64,000 nt of DNA from Methyloglobulus sp. (GCA_013141505.1 JABFQX010000011.1:3631-67630), one strand, 5' to 3'; shown: positions 35,174 through 47,294, numbered from the stretch's first letter. Notes: generated from the letters alone by a model not told the origin. Numbers and translations: made by a program.

Positions 35174-38100
35174 ATGCCGAAAAGAACTGACATAAAATCG
35201 ATATTATTATTGGGCGCGGGGCCGATTGTCATCGGGCAGGCGTGCGAGTTTGACTATTCCGGTACCCAAGCTTGCAAAGCATTAAGGGAAGAAGGTTATC
35301 GAGTCATTCTGGTGAATTCCAATCCTGCCACCATCATGACCGATCCCGATATGGCTGATGCCATTTATATCGAGCCTATCGACTGGCAAACGGTCGAAAA
35401 AATTATCGAAAAAGAACGCCCTGATGCCATTTTGCCGACAATGGGTGGACAAACCGCGTTGAACTGCGCTTTGGCACTCGATGAGCATGGCGTTCTGGAA
35501 AAATACGGCGTGGAGATGATCGGCGCCACCAAAGAGGCGATCAACAAGGCCGAAGACCGCGAATTGTTTAACCAAGCCATGCGGAAAATTGGTTATGAAG
35601 TCGCCAAGTCCAAAACTGCCCATTCCATTGAAGAGGCGCTTGCTGCTCAGAAGGAAGTCGGTTATCCAACGGTTATTAGGCCTTCGTTCACTATGGGCGG
35701 TAGCGGCGGCGGTATTGCTTACAACAAAGAAGAGTTCCTGGAAATCTGCGAACGTGGTCTGTATTTATCGCCGACCAACGAACTGTTGATTGAAGAATCC
35801 GTCTTGGGCTGGAAAGAGTTTGAAATGGAAGTCGTGCGTGATTCCAAAGATAATTGCATCATCGTGTGCTCGATTGAGAACTTTGATCCGATGGGGGTGC
35901 ACACTGGTGATTCAATTACTGTCGCGCCAGCACAGACTTTGACCGATAAGGAATACCAAATTCTGCGTAATGTTTCTATTGCGGTGCTGCGAGAGATAGG
36001 GGTGGATACCGGTGGTTCTAACGTTCAGATGGCGATCAATCCGGTAGACGGGCGCATGATAGTGATCGAGATGAATCCCAGGGTGTCGCGCTCTTCAGCG
36101 TTGGCCTCTAAAGCGACCGGATTCCCAATCGCAAAAGTGGCGGCAAAATTGGCAGTCGGTTATACACTTGATGAGTTGAAAAATGAGATTACCGGCGGTG
36201 CTACACCAGCCTCATTTGAGCCGACGATTGATTATGTGGTGACTAAAATACCTCGGTTTACTTTCGAAAAATTTCCCCAGGCCGATGACCGTTTAACTAC
36301 GCAAATGAAGTCCGTCGGTGAAGTGATGGCGATAGGCCGTACTTTCCAGGAATCCTTGCAAAAAGCCTTGCGTGGGTTAGAGATTGGCATTAGCGGTCTG
36401 GATGAAATCATCGATTTGCAAGCCGATGATACCCGCGACCTTATTCAGCGCGAATTGCGTCACCCTGGGCCTGATCGGTTGCGTTATGTGGCGGATGGTT
36501 TTCGTAGTGCTATGTCCTTGGAAGAAGTCCATGATTCCAGCAAAATTGATCCTTGGTTTTTGGCGCAAGTGCAGGATTTAGTTGCTACTGAGCAATCTTT
36601 GGCGACCAAGACTTTGGCTACCTTGAAAGAAGGCGAGTTGTACCAGTTAAAACGCAAAGGTTTTTCTGATATACGACTAGCAAAATTGTTGGATACCTCT
36701 GAACATGAAGTACGTAACGTACGTCATAAGCAAAACATTCGTCCGGTTTATAAGCGAATTGATTCATGCGCGGCAGAGTTTTCCTCTGACACGGCGTATT
36801 TGTATTCAACTTATGAAGAAGAATGCGAGGCGCGGGTTACTGGCAGGGAAAAAATCATTATTCTAGGTGGCGGCCCAAACCGGATAGGGCAGGGCATCGA
36901 ATTCGATTATTGCTGCGTCCATGCCGCTTTGGCGCTGCGTGAAGATGGTTATGAAACCATCATGATTAATTGTAACCCTGAAACGGTATCAACCGATTTC
37001 GATACCTCCGACCGCTTGTATTTCGAATCCTTAACGTTGGAAGATGTGCTGGAAATCGTACATCTGGAAAAGCCAAAAGGTGTGATTGTGCAATACGGTG
37101 GGCAAACACCATTGAAACTGGCTCGTGCTTTGGAAGCGGCAGGTGTGCCTATTATAGGCACTTCGCCTGATTCGATTGATCTGGCCGAAGACCGTGAGCG
37201 TTTCCAGAAACTACTGGAACGGTTGGGGTTGAAACAACCGCCTAATGCCACTGCACGTTCGGTTGAACAGGCTATTAATGCCGCAAAGGAACTCGGTTAC
37301 CCTTTGGTTGTGCGTCCGTCTTATGTTTTAGGCGGACGGGCGATGGAAATTGTCGTCAATGAAGAAGGTTTGCAGCGCTACATGAAAGAAGCGGTGAGCG
37401 TGTCGAACGATTCGCCTGTGTTGCTGGACCGCTTCCTAGATGATGCGGTAGAAATGGATGTCGATGCCATTTACGATGGCGAACGAGTGTTGATTGGCGG
37501 CTTGATGGAACATATCGAACAGGCTGGAGTGCATTCCGGCGATTCCGCCTGTTCCTTGCCGCCTTATGAACTGGCACAGGATCTTCAAGACCAACTACGA
37601 AAACAAGTTGGCAGGATGGCAGAAGCCTTGGGCGTACGCGGGTTGATGAACGTCCAGTTTGCCATCCAAGGCCAGGATATTTACGTGCTGGAAGTCAACC
37701 CCCGCGCTTCGCGTACCGCGCCGTTTGTGTCGAAAGCCACGGGTTATCCACTGGCGAAAATTGCCGCACGGGTCATGGTTGGCCTTACGCTAGCAGAGCA
37801 GGGTATCACCAAAGAACGTATCCCTAGTTACTACTCCGTCAAGGAAGCCGTATTCCCGTTTGTCAAATTTCCTGGCGTTGATCCTTTGTTAGGGCCGGAA
37901 ATGAAATCGACGGGCGAGGTCATGGGCATAGGCAAAACTTTTGGTGAAGCCTTTGCAAAATCACAACGGGCGACAGGCATTAACTTGAATGCAAGTGGTA
38001 AGGTATTGATAAGCATAAGGGATAAAGATAAAGCCAAAGCACCGGAGATTGCCAAAATGCTGGTCAGTAAAAATTACCAGATAGTTGCCACAGGCGGTAC

Positions 38101-38392
38101 AGCGAGATTCCTGCAGCAAGAAGGCATTCCTTGTGAAGTGGTTTATAAGGTCAACGAAGGTCGCCCCAATACTGTTGATATGATTAAAAATGATCAAATA
38201 CAATTAATCATCAATACGACGGAAGGCAAAAAAGCCATTTCGGATTCGTTCACCATGCGTCGTGAAGCATTACAACATCGCGTGACTTATTACACCACAA
38301 TGGCTGGGGCAAAGGCCGCTTGCTACGCGTTGGGTGAACTGGACGCGGGCGATGTCAACTGTTTGCAGGATTTGCATAACAGCCTGAGCTAA
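35174..38392 (+). CDS. carB: Carbamoyl-phosphate synthase large subunit
   Basis: [30 protein letters not shown], duplicated ATP-grasp domains, C-terminal MGS domain. Confidence 0.99.
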   Translation: MPKRTDIKSILLLGAGPIVIGQACEFDYSGTQACKALREEGYRVILVNSNPATIMTDPDMADAIYIEPIDWQTVEKIIEKERPDAILPTMGGQTALNCALALDEHGVLEKYGVEMIGATKEAINKAEDRELFNQAMRKIGYEVAKSKTAHSIEEALAAQKEVGYPTVIRPSFTMGGSGGGIAYNKEEFLEICERGLYLSPTNELLIEESVLGWKEFEMEVVRDSKDNCIIVCSIENFDPMGVHTGDSITVAPAQTLTDKEYQILRNVSIAVLREIGVDTGGSNVQMAINPVDGRMIVIEMNPRVSRSSALASKATGFPIAKVAAKLAVGYTLDELKNEITGGATPASFEPTIDYVVTKIPRFTFEKFPQADDRLTTQMKSVGEVMAIGRTFQESLQKALRGLEIGISGLDEIIDLQADDTRDLIQRELRHPGPDRLRYVADGFRSAMSLEEVHDSSKIDPWFLAQVQDLVATEQSLATKTLATLKEGELYQLKRKGFSDIRLAKLLDTSEHEVRNVRHKQNIRPVYKRIDSCAAEFSSDTAYLYSTYEEECEARVTGREKIIILGGGPNRIGQGIEFDYCCVHAALALREDGYETIMINCNPETVSTDFDTSDRLYFESLTLEDVLEIVHLEKPKGVIVQYGGQTPLKLARALEAAGVPIIGTSPDSIDLAEDRERFQKLLERLGLKQPPNATARSVEQAINAAKELGYPLVVRPSYVLGGRAMEIVVNEEGLQRYMKEAVSVSNDSPVLLDRFLDDAVEMDVDAIYDGERVLIGGLMEHIEQAGVHSGDSACSLPPYELAQDLQDQLRKQVGRMAEALGVRGLMNVQFAIQGQDIYVLEVNPRASRTAPFVSKATGYPLAKIAARVMVGLTLAEQGITKERIPSYYSVKEAVFPFVKFPGVDPLLGPEMKSTGEVMGIGKTFGEAFAKSQRATGINLNASGKVLISIRDKDKAKAPEIAKMLVSKNYQIVATGGTARFLQQEGIPCEVVYKVNEGRPNTVDMIKNDQIQLIINTTEGKKAISDSFTMRREALQHRVTYYTTMAGAKAACYALGELDAGDVNCLQDLHNSLS

Positions 38393-38418
38393 AAATCACA
38401 ATTGGAGCAGTAAATTTA

Positions 38419-38895
38419 ATGAATAAAGTACCTTTAACCGTAAAAGGCGCGGAAAAACTACGGGCTGAACTGGAAGAACTGAAATCCGTCGTGCGTCCGC
38501 GTATTATCAATGCGATTGCTACGGCAAGGGCGCATGGCGACTTAAAAGAAAATGCCGAATACCACGCTGCGAAAGAGCAACAAAGCTTTGCCGAAGGCCG
38601 TATTGCTGAAATCGAGGGCAAACTATCCAACGCGCAAATAATTGACGTTACCAGGGTGGATGCCAATGGTAAGGTGGTATTCGGGGCAACGGTTGAAATT
38701 GAAGATGTTGATAATGAAAAAAGAGTCACTTATCAAATCGTGGGTGAAGATGAAGCGAATATCAAAGACGGTCGTATTTCAATAGGTTCGCCAATTGCGC
38801 GGGCGTTAATTGGTAAAGAGGTAGAAGACATCGTTACCGTAAAAGCGCCGGGCGGCAATGTCGAGTATGAGATTATTTCGATAGAATATATTTAA
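38419..38895 (+). CDS. greA: Transcription elongation factor GreA
   Basis: [34 protein letters not shown]. Confidence 0.98.
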   Translation: MNKVPLTVKGAEKLRAELEELKSVVRPRIINAIATARAHGDLKENAEYHAAKEQQSFAEGRIAEIEGKLSNAQIIDVTRVDANGKVVFGATVEIEDVDNEKRVTYQIVGEDEANIKDGRISIGSPIARALIGKEVEDIVTVKAPGGNVEYEIISIEYI

Positions 38896-38924
38896 AACAG
38901 GCTGAAGGCACAAGGTAAAAAAAC

Positions 38925-39191
38925 CTATTTCTTCGGGTTTAATCGGTAGATGACGGCGATTTGGCCGATGCTTTGAATTAAGGTTGCGCCTGTAGTTGCA
39001 CACATTTTGTCTCTTATTAGATTGCGTTCATCCCGTTCTGCCCGGATTTTTATTTTGATCAGCTCGTGGGTATTCAGGGCGATCTCAGTTTCTGCCAGCA
39101 CGGCATCCGTACATCCAGCCTGTCCGACGATAATCACCGGTTTTAAGCTGTGAGCTTGGGACTTTAGTTTTTTCTTGCTTGCGGTGTCCAT
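38925..39191 (-). CDS. yhbY: RNA-binding protein YhbY (CRM domain)
   Basis: LKSQAHSLKPVIIVG, HELIKIKI, IGQIAVIYR. Confidence 0.93.
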   Translation of the reverse strand: MDTASKKKLKSQAHSLKPVIIVGQAGCTDAVLAETEIALNTHELIKIKIRAERDERNLIRDKMCATTGATLIQSIGQIAVIYRLNPKK

Positions 39192-39251
39192 AATGTTATA
39201 TCAGAAATGTTATATCTTGTTTGAAAGCACAAATTTTACACCATATGTACA

Positions 39252-39872
39252 GTGATGAACCGAACTAAAAGCAGTGGTCAATGGATGCAGGAACATTTCG
39301 ATGACGAATATGTCAAATTAGCTCAGAAGCAAGGCTATCGTTCCAGAGCAATTTTTAAGTTAAAAGAAATACAGGAAAAAGACAGGTTCATCAAGCCCGG
39401 CATGAATGTCGTCGATTTGGGAGCCGCACCGGGCGGGTGGTCACAGTTTGTCAGGCCTCTTTTAGGTAAAAAAAGTAAACTGATTGCGTTGGATATATTG
39501 CCGATAGAACCGATTGATGGCGTAGTCTTTATTCAGGGTGATTTTCGTGAAGCCGCTGTTTTTGATCAGTTAACAGCAGTCTTAGATTCCTCGCCTGTCC
39601 ACATAGTCCTGTCTGATATGGCACCTAATATGAGCGGAAACAAAGGTATCGACCAACCCAATAGTATGTATCTTGCTGAACTGGCATTAGATACGGCAAA
39701 AACGGTGTTGGTCAAAGGCGGCAGTTTTTTGGTTAAGGTTTTTCAGGGTGAAGGTTTTGATATTTTTAATCGTGATGTACAACAGCACTTTGAAAAAGTT
39801 GTCATCAGGAAACCCAAGGCCTCCCGCCCCAGGAGTAACGAAGTGTATATTTTAGGCGCAGGCTTTAAATAA
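39252..39872 (+). CDS. rlmE: 23S rRNA (U2552-2'-O)-methyltransferase
   Basis: [46 protein letters not shown]. Confidence 0.98.
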   Translation: MMNRTKSSGQWMQEHFDDEYVKLAQKQGYRSRAIFKLKEIQEKDRFIKPGMNVVDLGAAPGGWSQFVRPLLGKKSKLIALDILPIEPIDGVVFIQGDFREAAVFDQLTAVLDSSPVHIVLSDMAPNMSGNKGIDQPNSMYLAELALDTAKTVLVKGGSFLVKVFQGEGFDIFNRDVQQHFEKVVIRKPKASRPRSNEVYILGAGFK

Positions 39873-39997
39873 TTAGATGTAGCCCCCATAACCGCAAGGG
39901 AGATTGTCAAGAAAAATGACCAGTGATATTGAAGAGTCAGGCTGTGTTCAACCTGATATAATTAAAGCAATTTTTAACCGTACCGTTCAGGTCTGGG

Positions 39998-41941
39998 GTG
40001 TTTACATTGAATGACATGATGAAAAATATAATGCTGTGGGTCGTGATCGCAGTAGTTTTGATGTTCGTTTTTAATAATTTTGGTTCACAGGGCGAACGGG
40101 GCGGTGATACGGCATTATCTTATTCCCAGTTTATGGATGTAGTAAAAGCTGGGCAGGTTCAGCAGGTCGTGATTGACGAACATATCGTCAAAGGAAAGTT
40201 GCAGGGTGGTCAGTTATTTAAAACCTATGCACCCACCGATGCCCACATGATTGATGACTTGCTCGCCAACGGCGTTGATATTAAGGCCGTGCCGCCTGAG
40301 CAACCTTCCATGCTGATGCAATTATTGGTGTCTTTTGGGCCGATGTTGTTATTGATTGCAGTCTGGGTTTTCTTCATGCGACAGATGCAGGGCGGTGGTG
40401 CTGGTGGTCGTGGTGCGATGAGCTTTGGTAAAAGTAAAGCCCGGATGCTGGGAGAAGATCAAATTAAAGTGACCTTTGCCGATGTTGCAGGTTGCGATGA
40501 AGCCAAAGAAGAAGTGGTCGAGATGGTTGATTTCCTTAGGGATCCTGCCAAATATCAAAGGCTGGGTGGGAAAATTCCTCGCGGTGCGTTGATGATTGGC
40601 CCCCCAGGAACCGGTAAAACATTGCTGGCGCGGGCCATTGCTGGCGAAGCTAAAGTACCGTTCTTCACCATTTCCGGTTCAGATTTCGTTGAGATGTTTG
40701 TTGGTGTCGGTGCGTCCCGCGTCAGGGATATGTTTGAACAGGCCAAAAAACATGCGCCGTGCATCATATTTATCGACGAAATAGATGCCGTAGGTCGTCA
40801 ACGCGGTGCAGGTTTGGGCGGAGGTAATGACGAACGCGAACAAACCCTAAACCAGTTGCTGGTCGAAATGGACGGCTTTGAAGGCAACGAAGGCATTATT
40901 GTCATAGCCGCGACCAACCGGCCTGATGTCCTCGACAAAGCATTATTGAGACCTGGACGATTTGACCGTCAGGTGACGGTTGGGCTACCTGATGTTAAAG
41001 GGCGTGAGCAGATACTTAAGGTTCACATGAAAAAAGTGCCTGCCGATCCGAATGTTGAAGTCAAATTTATCGCACAGGGAACCCCCGGTTTTTCCGGCGC
41101 GGATTTAGCCAATTTAATCAATGAAGCGGCTCTGTTGGCTGCCAGGACTAACAAGCGTGTCGTTAATATGGCTGATTTGGAAAAAGCCAAAGATAAATTA
41201 ATCATGGGTGCTGAAAGGCATTCCATGGTGATGGACGACAAAGAAAAGAAAATGACGGCCTACCATGAAGCTGGGCATGCGATTGTCGGCAAACTGGTTC
41301 CAGAGCATGACCCGGTTTATAAGGTTAGCATCATGCCGAGAGGTCGTGCCTTGGGTGTGACTATGTTCTTGCCTGAAAGGGATCAGTACAGTGCTAGCAA
41401 ACAGAAATTGGATAGTATGATTTCAAGTTTGTACGGTGGTCGTATCGCCGAAGAGTTGATTTTTGGCTGGGAACAGGTCAGTACTGGCGCTTCAAATGAT
41501 ATAGAGCGTGCGACCGAATTGGCTCGGAATATGGTAACCAAATGGGGTTTGTCACAACGCTTGGGGCCTTTGGCGTATAGCGAAGAAGAAGGCGAGGTTT
41601 TTCTTGGTCGTTCAGTTACGCAACACAAGACCGTTGCAGAAGAAACCTCGCATACTATTGACGAAGAGATACGCTGCATTATCGACAGAAATTACGAGCG
41701 GGCGGAAAATATACTTAAAGAAAATACCGATATTCTTCACACAATGGCAGATGCGTTGATGAAGTATGAGACCATCGACAAAGTGCAAATTGATGATTTG
41801 ATGGCGCGCAGACCCGTAAAAAGCCCAGAGGGCTGGGATGATAATCCGCCGCGCGGTGGGGTCGTGGTTGATGAAGTCAGCGGTAAAAAGGATGATATTA
41901 AATCAGGTAAAACAATTGGCGGCACTGCTGAACAAAGTTGA
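39998..41941 (+). CDS. ftsH: ATP-dependent zinc metalloprotease FtsH
   Basis: Two TM helices, Walker [17 protein letters not shown] zinc motif. The true start is probably a few codons downstream (NDMMKN). Confidence 0.99.
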   Translation: MFTLNDMMKNIMLWVVIAVVLMFVFNNFGSQGERGGDTALSYSQFMDVVKAGQVQQVVIDEHIVKGKLQGGQLFKTYAPTDAHMIDDLLANGVDIKAVPPEQPSMLMQLLVSFGPMLLLIAVWVFFMRQMQGGGAGGRGAMSFGKSKARMLGEDQIKVTFADVAGCDEAKEEVVEMVDFLRDPAKYQRLGGKIPRGALMIGPPGTGKTLLARAIAGEAKVPFFTISGSDFVEMFVGVGASRVRDMFEQAKKHAPCIIFIDEIDAVGRQRGAGLGGGNDEREQTLNQLLVEMDGFEGNEGIIVIAATNRPDVLDKALLRPGRFDRQVTVGLPDVKGREQILKVHMKKVPADPNVEVKFIAQGTPGFSGADLANLINEAALLAARTNKRVVNMADLEKAKDKLIMGAERHSMVMDDKEKKMTAYHEAGHAIVGKLVPEHDPVYKVSIMPRGRALGVTMFLPERDQYSASKQKLDSMISSLYGGRIAEELIFGWEQVSTGASNDIERATELARNMVTKWGLSQRLGPLAYSEEEGEVFLGRSVTQHKTVAEETSHTIDEEIRCIIDRNYERAENILKENTDILHTMADALMKYETIDKVQIDDLMARRPVKSPEGWDDNPPRGGVVVDEVSGKKDDIKSGKTIGGTAEQS

Positions 41942-41961
41942 CAGCATAGTGACTTGATTAT

Positions 41962-41992
41962 AAAGGGAGAGGCTCAGGTCTCTCCTTTTTTT
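41962..41992 (+). terminator. Intrinsic terminator after ftsH
   Basis: aaagggagag-gctcaggt-ctctccttt followed by a T run. Confidence 0.7.
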
Positions 41993-42041
41993 GTGTCCGG
42001 ATCTCTAAAGGCTTCGTTGAGTTGATAACAGACTAAACACT

Positions 42042-43391
42042 ATGGCAAAAAATATGGCAAAAAAATATTTTGGTACTGATGGTATTAGAGGCAAAGTTGG
42101 CGAATATCCTATAACGGCTGACTTTTTTCTAAGATTGGGCTGGGCGGCCGGGCAGGTTTTTGCCAATGAAGGTCACGGCGTTGTTTTGGTCGGTAAAGAT
42201 ACCCGTATTTCTGGGTATATGTTTGAATCGGCATTAGAAGCGGGTTTAACTGCCGCAGGCGTTGATACCCGATTGCTGGGGCCAATGCCTACACCTGGCG
42301 TTGCCTATCTTACCCGCACATTAAGGGCGCAAGCAGGCATTGTTATCAGTGCCTCACACAACCCCTATTATGACAATGGTGTCAAGTTTTTCTCCGTTCA
42401 AGGCACCAAACTTCCTGATGAAATAGAGGAAAAAATCGAACTTTACCTTGATACCCCTATGACGACTGTTGAGTCTTCCAGTCTGGGCAAGGCCAAGCGG
42501 ATTGCTGACGCGGCAGGCAGATATATAGAGTTTTGCAAAGCCAGTGTGCCCACCAAACTTGATTTTGACGGTTTGCGAATTGTTGTTGATTGCGCGCACG
42601 GTGCGACTTACCACATTGCTCCGCATGTATTTAGCGAGATTGGTGCTGAGGTTGTTTCGATTGGCGTGGAACCCAATGGTCTCAACATCAACGATAAATG
42701 CGGTGCCACCAAGCCACAAAAACTAGCTGAAGAAGTCCTGAATTACCGGGCAGATTTAGGCATAGCCCTGGATGGTGATGGTGACCGCCTGATTATGGTC
42801 GATCATAAAGGCGAAATAGTCGATGGCGATGAACTTATCTACATCATCGCCAAATCAAGGCTTGAGGCTAATGAATTGTCGGGGCCGGTGATTGGCACGT
42901 TGATGACTAATCTGGGTATGGAACACGCGCTAAAAGCCCTGGGCATCAATCTTCTGCGGGCAAAAGTCGGGGATAGATATGTCATGGAATTATTGGCTGA
43001 ACATAATGGCATGTTAGGCGGGGAAAATTCTGGTCATATCATTTGTCTTGATAAAACGACCACGGGTGATGGCATAATTGCGGCGTTACAAGTTATGGCA
43101 GAAATGCAAAATAGTGGCAAAAACCTGCATGAGTTAAAGAAAGGAATGACTAAATACCCGCAAGTTTTGCTCAATGTTAAAACAAAATCAAAGCTGGATA
43201 TTGATCTTGACGAAAAACTACAGAAAACAGTAAAAGATATTGAAAAGAAGCTTGGTGATAGTGGGCGGGTGTTGCTAAGGTCATCGGGTACCGAACCCTT
43301 AATTCGAGTCATGGTTGAAGGTCAAAATGAAGACAAAGTCAATGAATATGCCAATCAATTGGCAGAACAAGTCACCAGAAGTGTTACATAA
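42042..43391 (+). CDS. glmM: Phosphoglucosamine mutase
   Basis: [39 protein letters not shown]. Confidence 0.98.
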   Translation: MAKNMAKKYFGTDGIRGKVGEYPITADFFLRLGWAAGQVFANEGHGVVLVGKDTRISGYMFESALEAGLTAAGVDTRLLGPMPTPGVAYLTRTLRAQAGIVISASHNPYYDNGVKFFSVQGTKLPDEIEEKIELYLDTPMTTVESSSLGKAKRIADAAGRYIEFCKASVPTKLDFDGLRIVVDCAHGATYHIAPHVFSEIGAEVVSIGVEPNGLNINDKCGATKPQKLAEEVLNYRADLGIALDGDGDRLIMVDHKGEIVDGDELIYIIAKSRLEANELSGPVIGTLMTNLGMEHALKALGINLLRAKVGDRYVMELLAEHNGMLGGENSGHIICLDKTTTGDGIIAALQVMAEMQNSGKNLHELKKGMTKYPQVLLNVKTKSKLDIDLDEKLQKTVKDIEKKLGDSGRVLLRSSGTEPLIRVMVEGQNEDKVNEYANQLAEQVTRSVT

Positions 43392-43455
43392 TGCAATGGA
43401 TACTTGAATTAGGCACTATTAAACTATATCATTAACAGTTTGATTATTTCGGGGA

Positions 43456-44208
43456 ATGAGGATGCGTCGGTCGCTGGTTTTAGGCAATTGGAAAATGAAT
43501 GGGACTCGTGCTAGTGCAGAGACGTTGGCAAAAGGTATCATAGCTGGGTTAGGAGATGATGTTGCCGAAATAGGTATCTGTGTTCCTTATGTATATCTGC
43601 CCGAGATCGGTCAAATTGTTAAAAATACCCGTTTGGCATTAGGTGCCCAAAATGTAGCGGATAAACCATCCGGTGCGTATACCGGAGAAATTTCTGCCGG
43701 AATGCTTAAGGAGTTTGCCTGTCATTATGCCTTGGTCGGTCATTCCGAACGCCGTACTTATTATGGCGATACCGATCAATCGGTAGCCGCCCGGTTTTGT
43801 CAAGCGCAAGAACAAGGCATTACCCCAGTGTTATGCATCGGTGAAACCTTGGAACAACGTCAGCAAGAGCAAACTTTCGATGTAATTACAGCCCAACTTG
43901 ATGCGGTGGTTGAGTTGGCGGGCATTGCTGCGTTCAGCAAATCAGTGATTGCTTATGAGCCAGTCTGGGCGATTGGTACGGGTCTTACGGCTACTGACGA
44001 ACAAGCACAAGAAGCGCATCAATTCATCAGGAATTATCTTGCTGCCAAAGATCAGGCAGTAGCGGAAAAAATACAAATTTTATACGGCGGTAGTGCCAAG
44101 CCAGACAATGCCAAAGGTTTATTTGCCATGCCGGATATTGATGGCGGCTTAATTGGAGGGGCTTCGTTGGATGCTGAGTCCTTCTTAAAGATTTATCACT
44201 CTGTTTAA
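43456..44208 (+). CDS. tpiA: Triosephosphate isomerase
   Basis: GNWKMN, VGHSERR, IAYEPVWAIGTG, LYGGS, GGLIGGASL. Confidence 0.99.
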   Translation: MRMRRSLVLGNWKMNGTRASAETLAKGIIAGLGDDVAEIGICVPYVYLPEIGQIVKNTRLALGAQNVADKPSGAYTGEISAGMLKEFACHYALVGHSERRTYYGDTDQSVAARFCQAQEQGITPVLCIGETLEQRQQEQTFDVITAQLDAVVELAGIAAFSKSVIAYEPVWAIGTGLTATDEQAQEAHQFIRNYLAAKDQAVAEKIQILYGGSAKPDNAKGLFAMPDIDGGLIGGASLDAESFLKIYHSV

Positions 44209-44225
44209 AAGTAGTTAAACAATTT

Positions 44226-44789
44226 ATGTATCAGGTAATCATTGTAATTCATATACTGCTGGGCTTAAGCATCATCGGTTTAATATTAATGCAGCAAGGC
44301 AAAGGCGCTGATGCCGGTGCAGGATTTGGTGGCGGCGCTTCCGGTTCAGTCTTTGGCGCTCAAGGCGCAGCATCATTCCTCTCCCGTAGCACGGCCATTA
44401 TGGCGACGTTATTCTTTATTACTAGCTTAGGGCTTGCTTGGCTTAATGGTAACAAAAGCGGTGCTGCGGCTGATTTCATGAATAGCAGCGTCCCAGCTGT
44501 TGAGAAAGAAGCCTTGGATTTGGGCTTGCCTAATGTAGATGGTGCCAATAACCAACCCGTCGTTCCATCAGCCGCGCCAGAAAGCAAAGCCGATGTTGCA
44601 ACGCCTACTTTGCCAGCGGTTGTCGAACAACCGGCTGCCACGGTGACGGTGTCGCCAACACCCGTTGAACCAGCTAGTCCGGTTGTAGAAGTACCTAAAG
44701 CGGCTGATGTGCCTGCCGTTGAAGAAAAAGAGACAGAACTAAAACCAGAGCCGCCGGTTAAACACAAAAAATCAGCAAAAAAGAAGTAA
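44226..44789 (+). CDS. secG: Preprotein translocase subunit SecG with long C-terminal extension
   Basis: LILMQQGKGADAGAGFGGGASGSVFGAQG..FLSRSTA; followed by a ~110-aa P/A/V/E-rich tail. Confidence 0.95.
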   Translation: MYQVIIVIHILLGLSIIGLILMQQGKGADAGAGFGGGASGSVFGAQGAASFLSRSTAIMATLFFITSLGLAWLNGNKSGAAADFMNSSVPAVEKEALDLGLPNVDGANNQPVVPSAAPESKADVATPTLPAVVEQPAATVTVSPTPVEPASPVVEVPKAADVPAVEEKETELKPEPPVKHKKSAKKK

Positions 44790-44805
44790 GCGAACAAAAA
44801 ATAAT

Positions 44806-44890
44806 GCCGATGTGGTGAAATTGGTAGACACGCCATCTTGAGGGGGTGGTGACGCAAGTCATGCCGGTTCAAGTCCGGCCATCGGTACCA
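44806..44890 (+). tRNA. tRNA-Leu(GAG)
   Basis: GCCGATG...CATCGGT-ACCA acceptor stem, D-loop TTGGTAGAC, anticodon arm CCATC-TTGAGGG-GGTGG, long variable arm, T-loop GGTTCAAGTCC. Confidence 0.97.
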
Positions 44891-44892
44891 AA
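44868..44892 (+). repeat. att core in the tRNA 3' end
   Basis: ttcaagtccggccatcggtaccaaa, repeated at 52100. Confidence 0.85.
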
Positions 44893-44923
44893 CAAGCGTT
44901 TCAAGAAGTCCCACAACATCCAC

Positions 44924-44957
44924 AAACCCGCATGTTTACTGGCATAGCGGGTTTTTT
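44924..44957 (+). terminator. Terminator supplied by the element downstream of tRNA-Leu
   Basis: aaacccgc-atgtttactggcata-gcgggttttt. Confidence 0.55.
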
Positions 44958-45041
44958 ATTGCCCACAACGTCCCACAACATCCATTGACATACCGCCACG
45001 ATTGGGGGTACTTTCTCCCACCACAAAAAAAGTACCCCCAA

Positions 45042-46286
45042 ATGTTGTCAGACACTGCCATCAAAAACGCCAAACCAGCCGCAAAGCCCTACAAATTAGC
45101 CGATTCTGGCGGCCTTTACCTATTCGTACAACCTAACGGCGGCAAATACTTTCGGCTGAATTACCGCTTCGAAGGCAAGCACAAGACCTTGGCTATCGGG
45201 ACATACCCCGCTACCAGTTTGGCAAAGGCACGTACCGCCAGAGATACCGCCAAAATACAGGTTGCCGACGGTATCGATCCGGCGGCGCACAAACAGGGAG
45301 CCAAGGCCGACAAGAAAGCGGCCATTGAATTGCAAGCCCGTATCGACAGCGGCGAGCCGTTGCCCAACTCATTCAAGGAAGTGGCCTTGCAATGGCTTGG
45401 CTCGTTAAGCGACAAAAACAGCCAAGCCACCAAATACAAAAAGCTCAGGCGTTTTGAGAACCATATTTTCCCGACGCTGGGCAATATCGGAATAGCCGCC
45501 ATCAAGGCCAGTGACGTTTACCAAACCATCAAGCCCGCCATCGACAAGGGTGAGATAGAGACCGCACAACGGCTCAGGGCGGAAATAGCGGCGGTGCTGG
45601 ATTATGCCATTGTCCACGAACTCGCAGAATACAACCAAGCGCAACCCGTGTTGAAACAAATACCGGCCAAGAAGGTTAAAAACAGGGCGGCGATAACCGA
45701 CCCGAAAGCCGTGGGGCGGCTGCTCAGGGACATTTCAAACTATCAGGGGACATTCACCGTGCAATGCGCGTTCAGGTTTTCGCCTTTGGTGTTCCAACGC
45801 CCCGGCGAAATCAGGCAGATGCTCTGGGCGGACGTTGACCTGGACGCTGGCGAATGGCGGCCTTACATCAGCAAGACCGACTTTATCCATTTTGTCCCGT
45901 TGTCCAGCCAAGCAATCGCCATACTCAAGGAAATATGGCCGCACACCGGGCGTGGGAAGTATGTGTTCCCGTCAGTCCGTGGCGACGGGCGGCCTATGTC
46001 TGACAACACCATCAGGACGGCCTTGAGGACGCTGGGTTACGGTAGTGATGTTATGGTTCCGCACGGGTTCAGAAGCACGGCTTCGACGTTGCTCAACGAG
46101 CAGGGTTGGACACCGGACGCGATAGAGCGGCAACTGGGGCACATGCCAAAGGACAAGATACGGGCGGCTTACAACCGCGCCGAATACCTGAAAGAACGCA
46201 AGACCATGATGCAAGCCTGGGCGGATTACCTTGACGGCCTGAAGGCTGGCGCGGACGTTATTTCAATCAACAGCAGACGGGCTTAG
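45042..46286 (+). CDS. P4-like tyrosine integrase (IntA/Arm-DNA-binding type)
   Basis: MLSDTAIKNAKP..KPYKLADSGGLYL, RPGEIR, HGFRSTASTLL, QLGH, AAYNRAEY; ATG 45042 follows the tgggggtac...gtaccccca palindrome. Confidence 0.96.
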   Translation: MLSDTAIKNAKPAAKPYKLADSGGLYLFVQPNGGKYFRLNYRFEGKHKTLAIGTYPATSLAKARTARDTAKIQVADGIDPAAHKQGAKADKKAAIELQARIDSGEPLPNSFKEVALQWLGSLSDKNSQATKYKKLRRFENHIFPTLGNIGIAAIKASDVYQTIKPAIDKGEIETAQRLRAEIAAVLDYAIVHELAEYNQAQPVLKQIPAKKVKNRAAITDPKAVGRLLRDISNYQGTFTVQCAFRFSPLVFQRPGEIRQMLWADVDLDAGEWRPYISKTDFIHFVPLSSQAIAILKEIWPHTGRGKYVFPSVRGDGRPMSDNTIRTALRTLGYGSDVMVPHGFRSTASTLLNEQGWTPDAIERQLGHMPKDKIRAAYNRAEYLKERKTMMQAWADYLDGLKAGADVISINSRRA

Positions 46287-46375
46287 GCTGCATTTCTGAT
46301 AAAATTGCATTGACCGGATAGCTTTAGCGGGCAACAAGCAGGAGTCATTAACCTGTTTCCGGTTAACCATTCTTA

Positions 46376-46990
46376 ATGATTGCGCTTAATGGGGTGCGTG
46401 TGGGAAAAAAAACACCAAGTGAAGTAGCGGCAATAATCGATATATTCAAGTCATTGGATTGGGCAAGGCCGGAAAACAGCCTATTTTTTCATCCTCTTAG
46501 GATTTACGGAACCGGTCGCACGCCAGAAGGCTTTAAGAATTGGGAATGGCACGCGATAACGCTATATCTTGATTATTCAACAAAAGCAAAGCCAGTAACC
46601 AATAAAATCTGTCAGATTTTATGTTCCGATGTTGAGATGTCACCTAATTTTAGGGGGGTTGTCGCGCTTATCGTAGAAGGGCGTTTATCACGTGGCAAGC
46701 AATCCAAAGTAACGACAAAAGACCGCGACCTCTGGGTTTATTTAGCCATAAGTTACATCGAAGAAAACAGTGCTGCAAAATACCCTAGGGAGCGACTGTA
46801 TGAGGCTATGATTGAGCATATCGAACGGGAGAGGACAGCCGTTATGGAGGCGTTCACCAACGGCCAGGGCATTTTTAAATCATTCGACGCAAGGACTCAA
46901 GAGCTGTTTAAGTTCCAGTTTGTCCCCCAATATTGGGAATCTCCCGAACATGGTCAGTTTGATGCTATATCAAACAGGCTAGTTTATTGA
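46376..46990 (+). CDS. Hypothetical protein in the satellite between int and alpA
   Basis: 204-aa ORF co-oriented with the element; no motif recognised. Confidence 0.6.
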   Translation: MIALNGVRVGKKTPSEVAAIIDIFKSLDWARPENSLFFHPLRIYGTGRTPEGFKNWEWHAITLYLDYSTKAKPVTNKICQILCSDVEMSPNFRGVVALIVEGRLSRGKQSKVTTKDRDLWVYLAISYIEENSAAKYPRERLYEAMIEHIERERTAVMEAFTNGQGIFKSFDARTQELFKFQFVPQYWESPEHGQFDAISNRLVY

Positions 46991-47045
46991 TTTTAAAAGT
47001 TTATTATGCACCGCCATGTTTAACAAAACCCGAAAAGGAAATAAC

Positions 47046-47294
47046 ATGGCCCGTACGCTTCACTTCAACCAATCAAACCCAATCCCCGGCACTGGCTTTT
47101 TGCGGTTAGCCCAAATTGTCGGCGACGTTAAGCAGGAGATCCCCCCGCTGTTGCCTATCAGTAAAACGGCTTGGTACAACGGCGTTAAATCGGGGATTTA
47201 CCCGAAACCAATCCAATTAAACCCAAGGACAACCGTCTACAAGGTCGAAGACATCAAGGCGTTAATCGAACGGTTGTCTTCCCAACAGGCATAA
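47046..47294 (+). CDS. alpA: AlpA-family excisionase/regulator
   Basis: FLRLAQIVG...PISKTAWYNGVKSGIYPKPIQL..RTTVYKVEDI. Confidence 0.88.
   Translation: MARTLHFNQSNPIPGTGFLRLAQIVGDVKQEIPPLLPISKTAWYNGVKSGIYPKPIQLNPRTTVYKVEDIKALIERLSSQQA

Noticed and set aside
34946-43312. Many 60-125-aa alternative-frame and antisense ORFs within carA, carB, greA, ftsH and glmM
   Set aside because: They lie wholly inside conserved housekeeping genes, have no motifs or RBS, and are expected by chance.
44360-44923. 187-aa minus-strand ORF
   Set aside because: It is the antisense shadow of secG and tRNA-Leu, both well supported on the plus strand.
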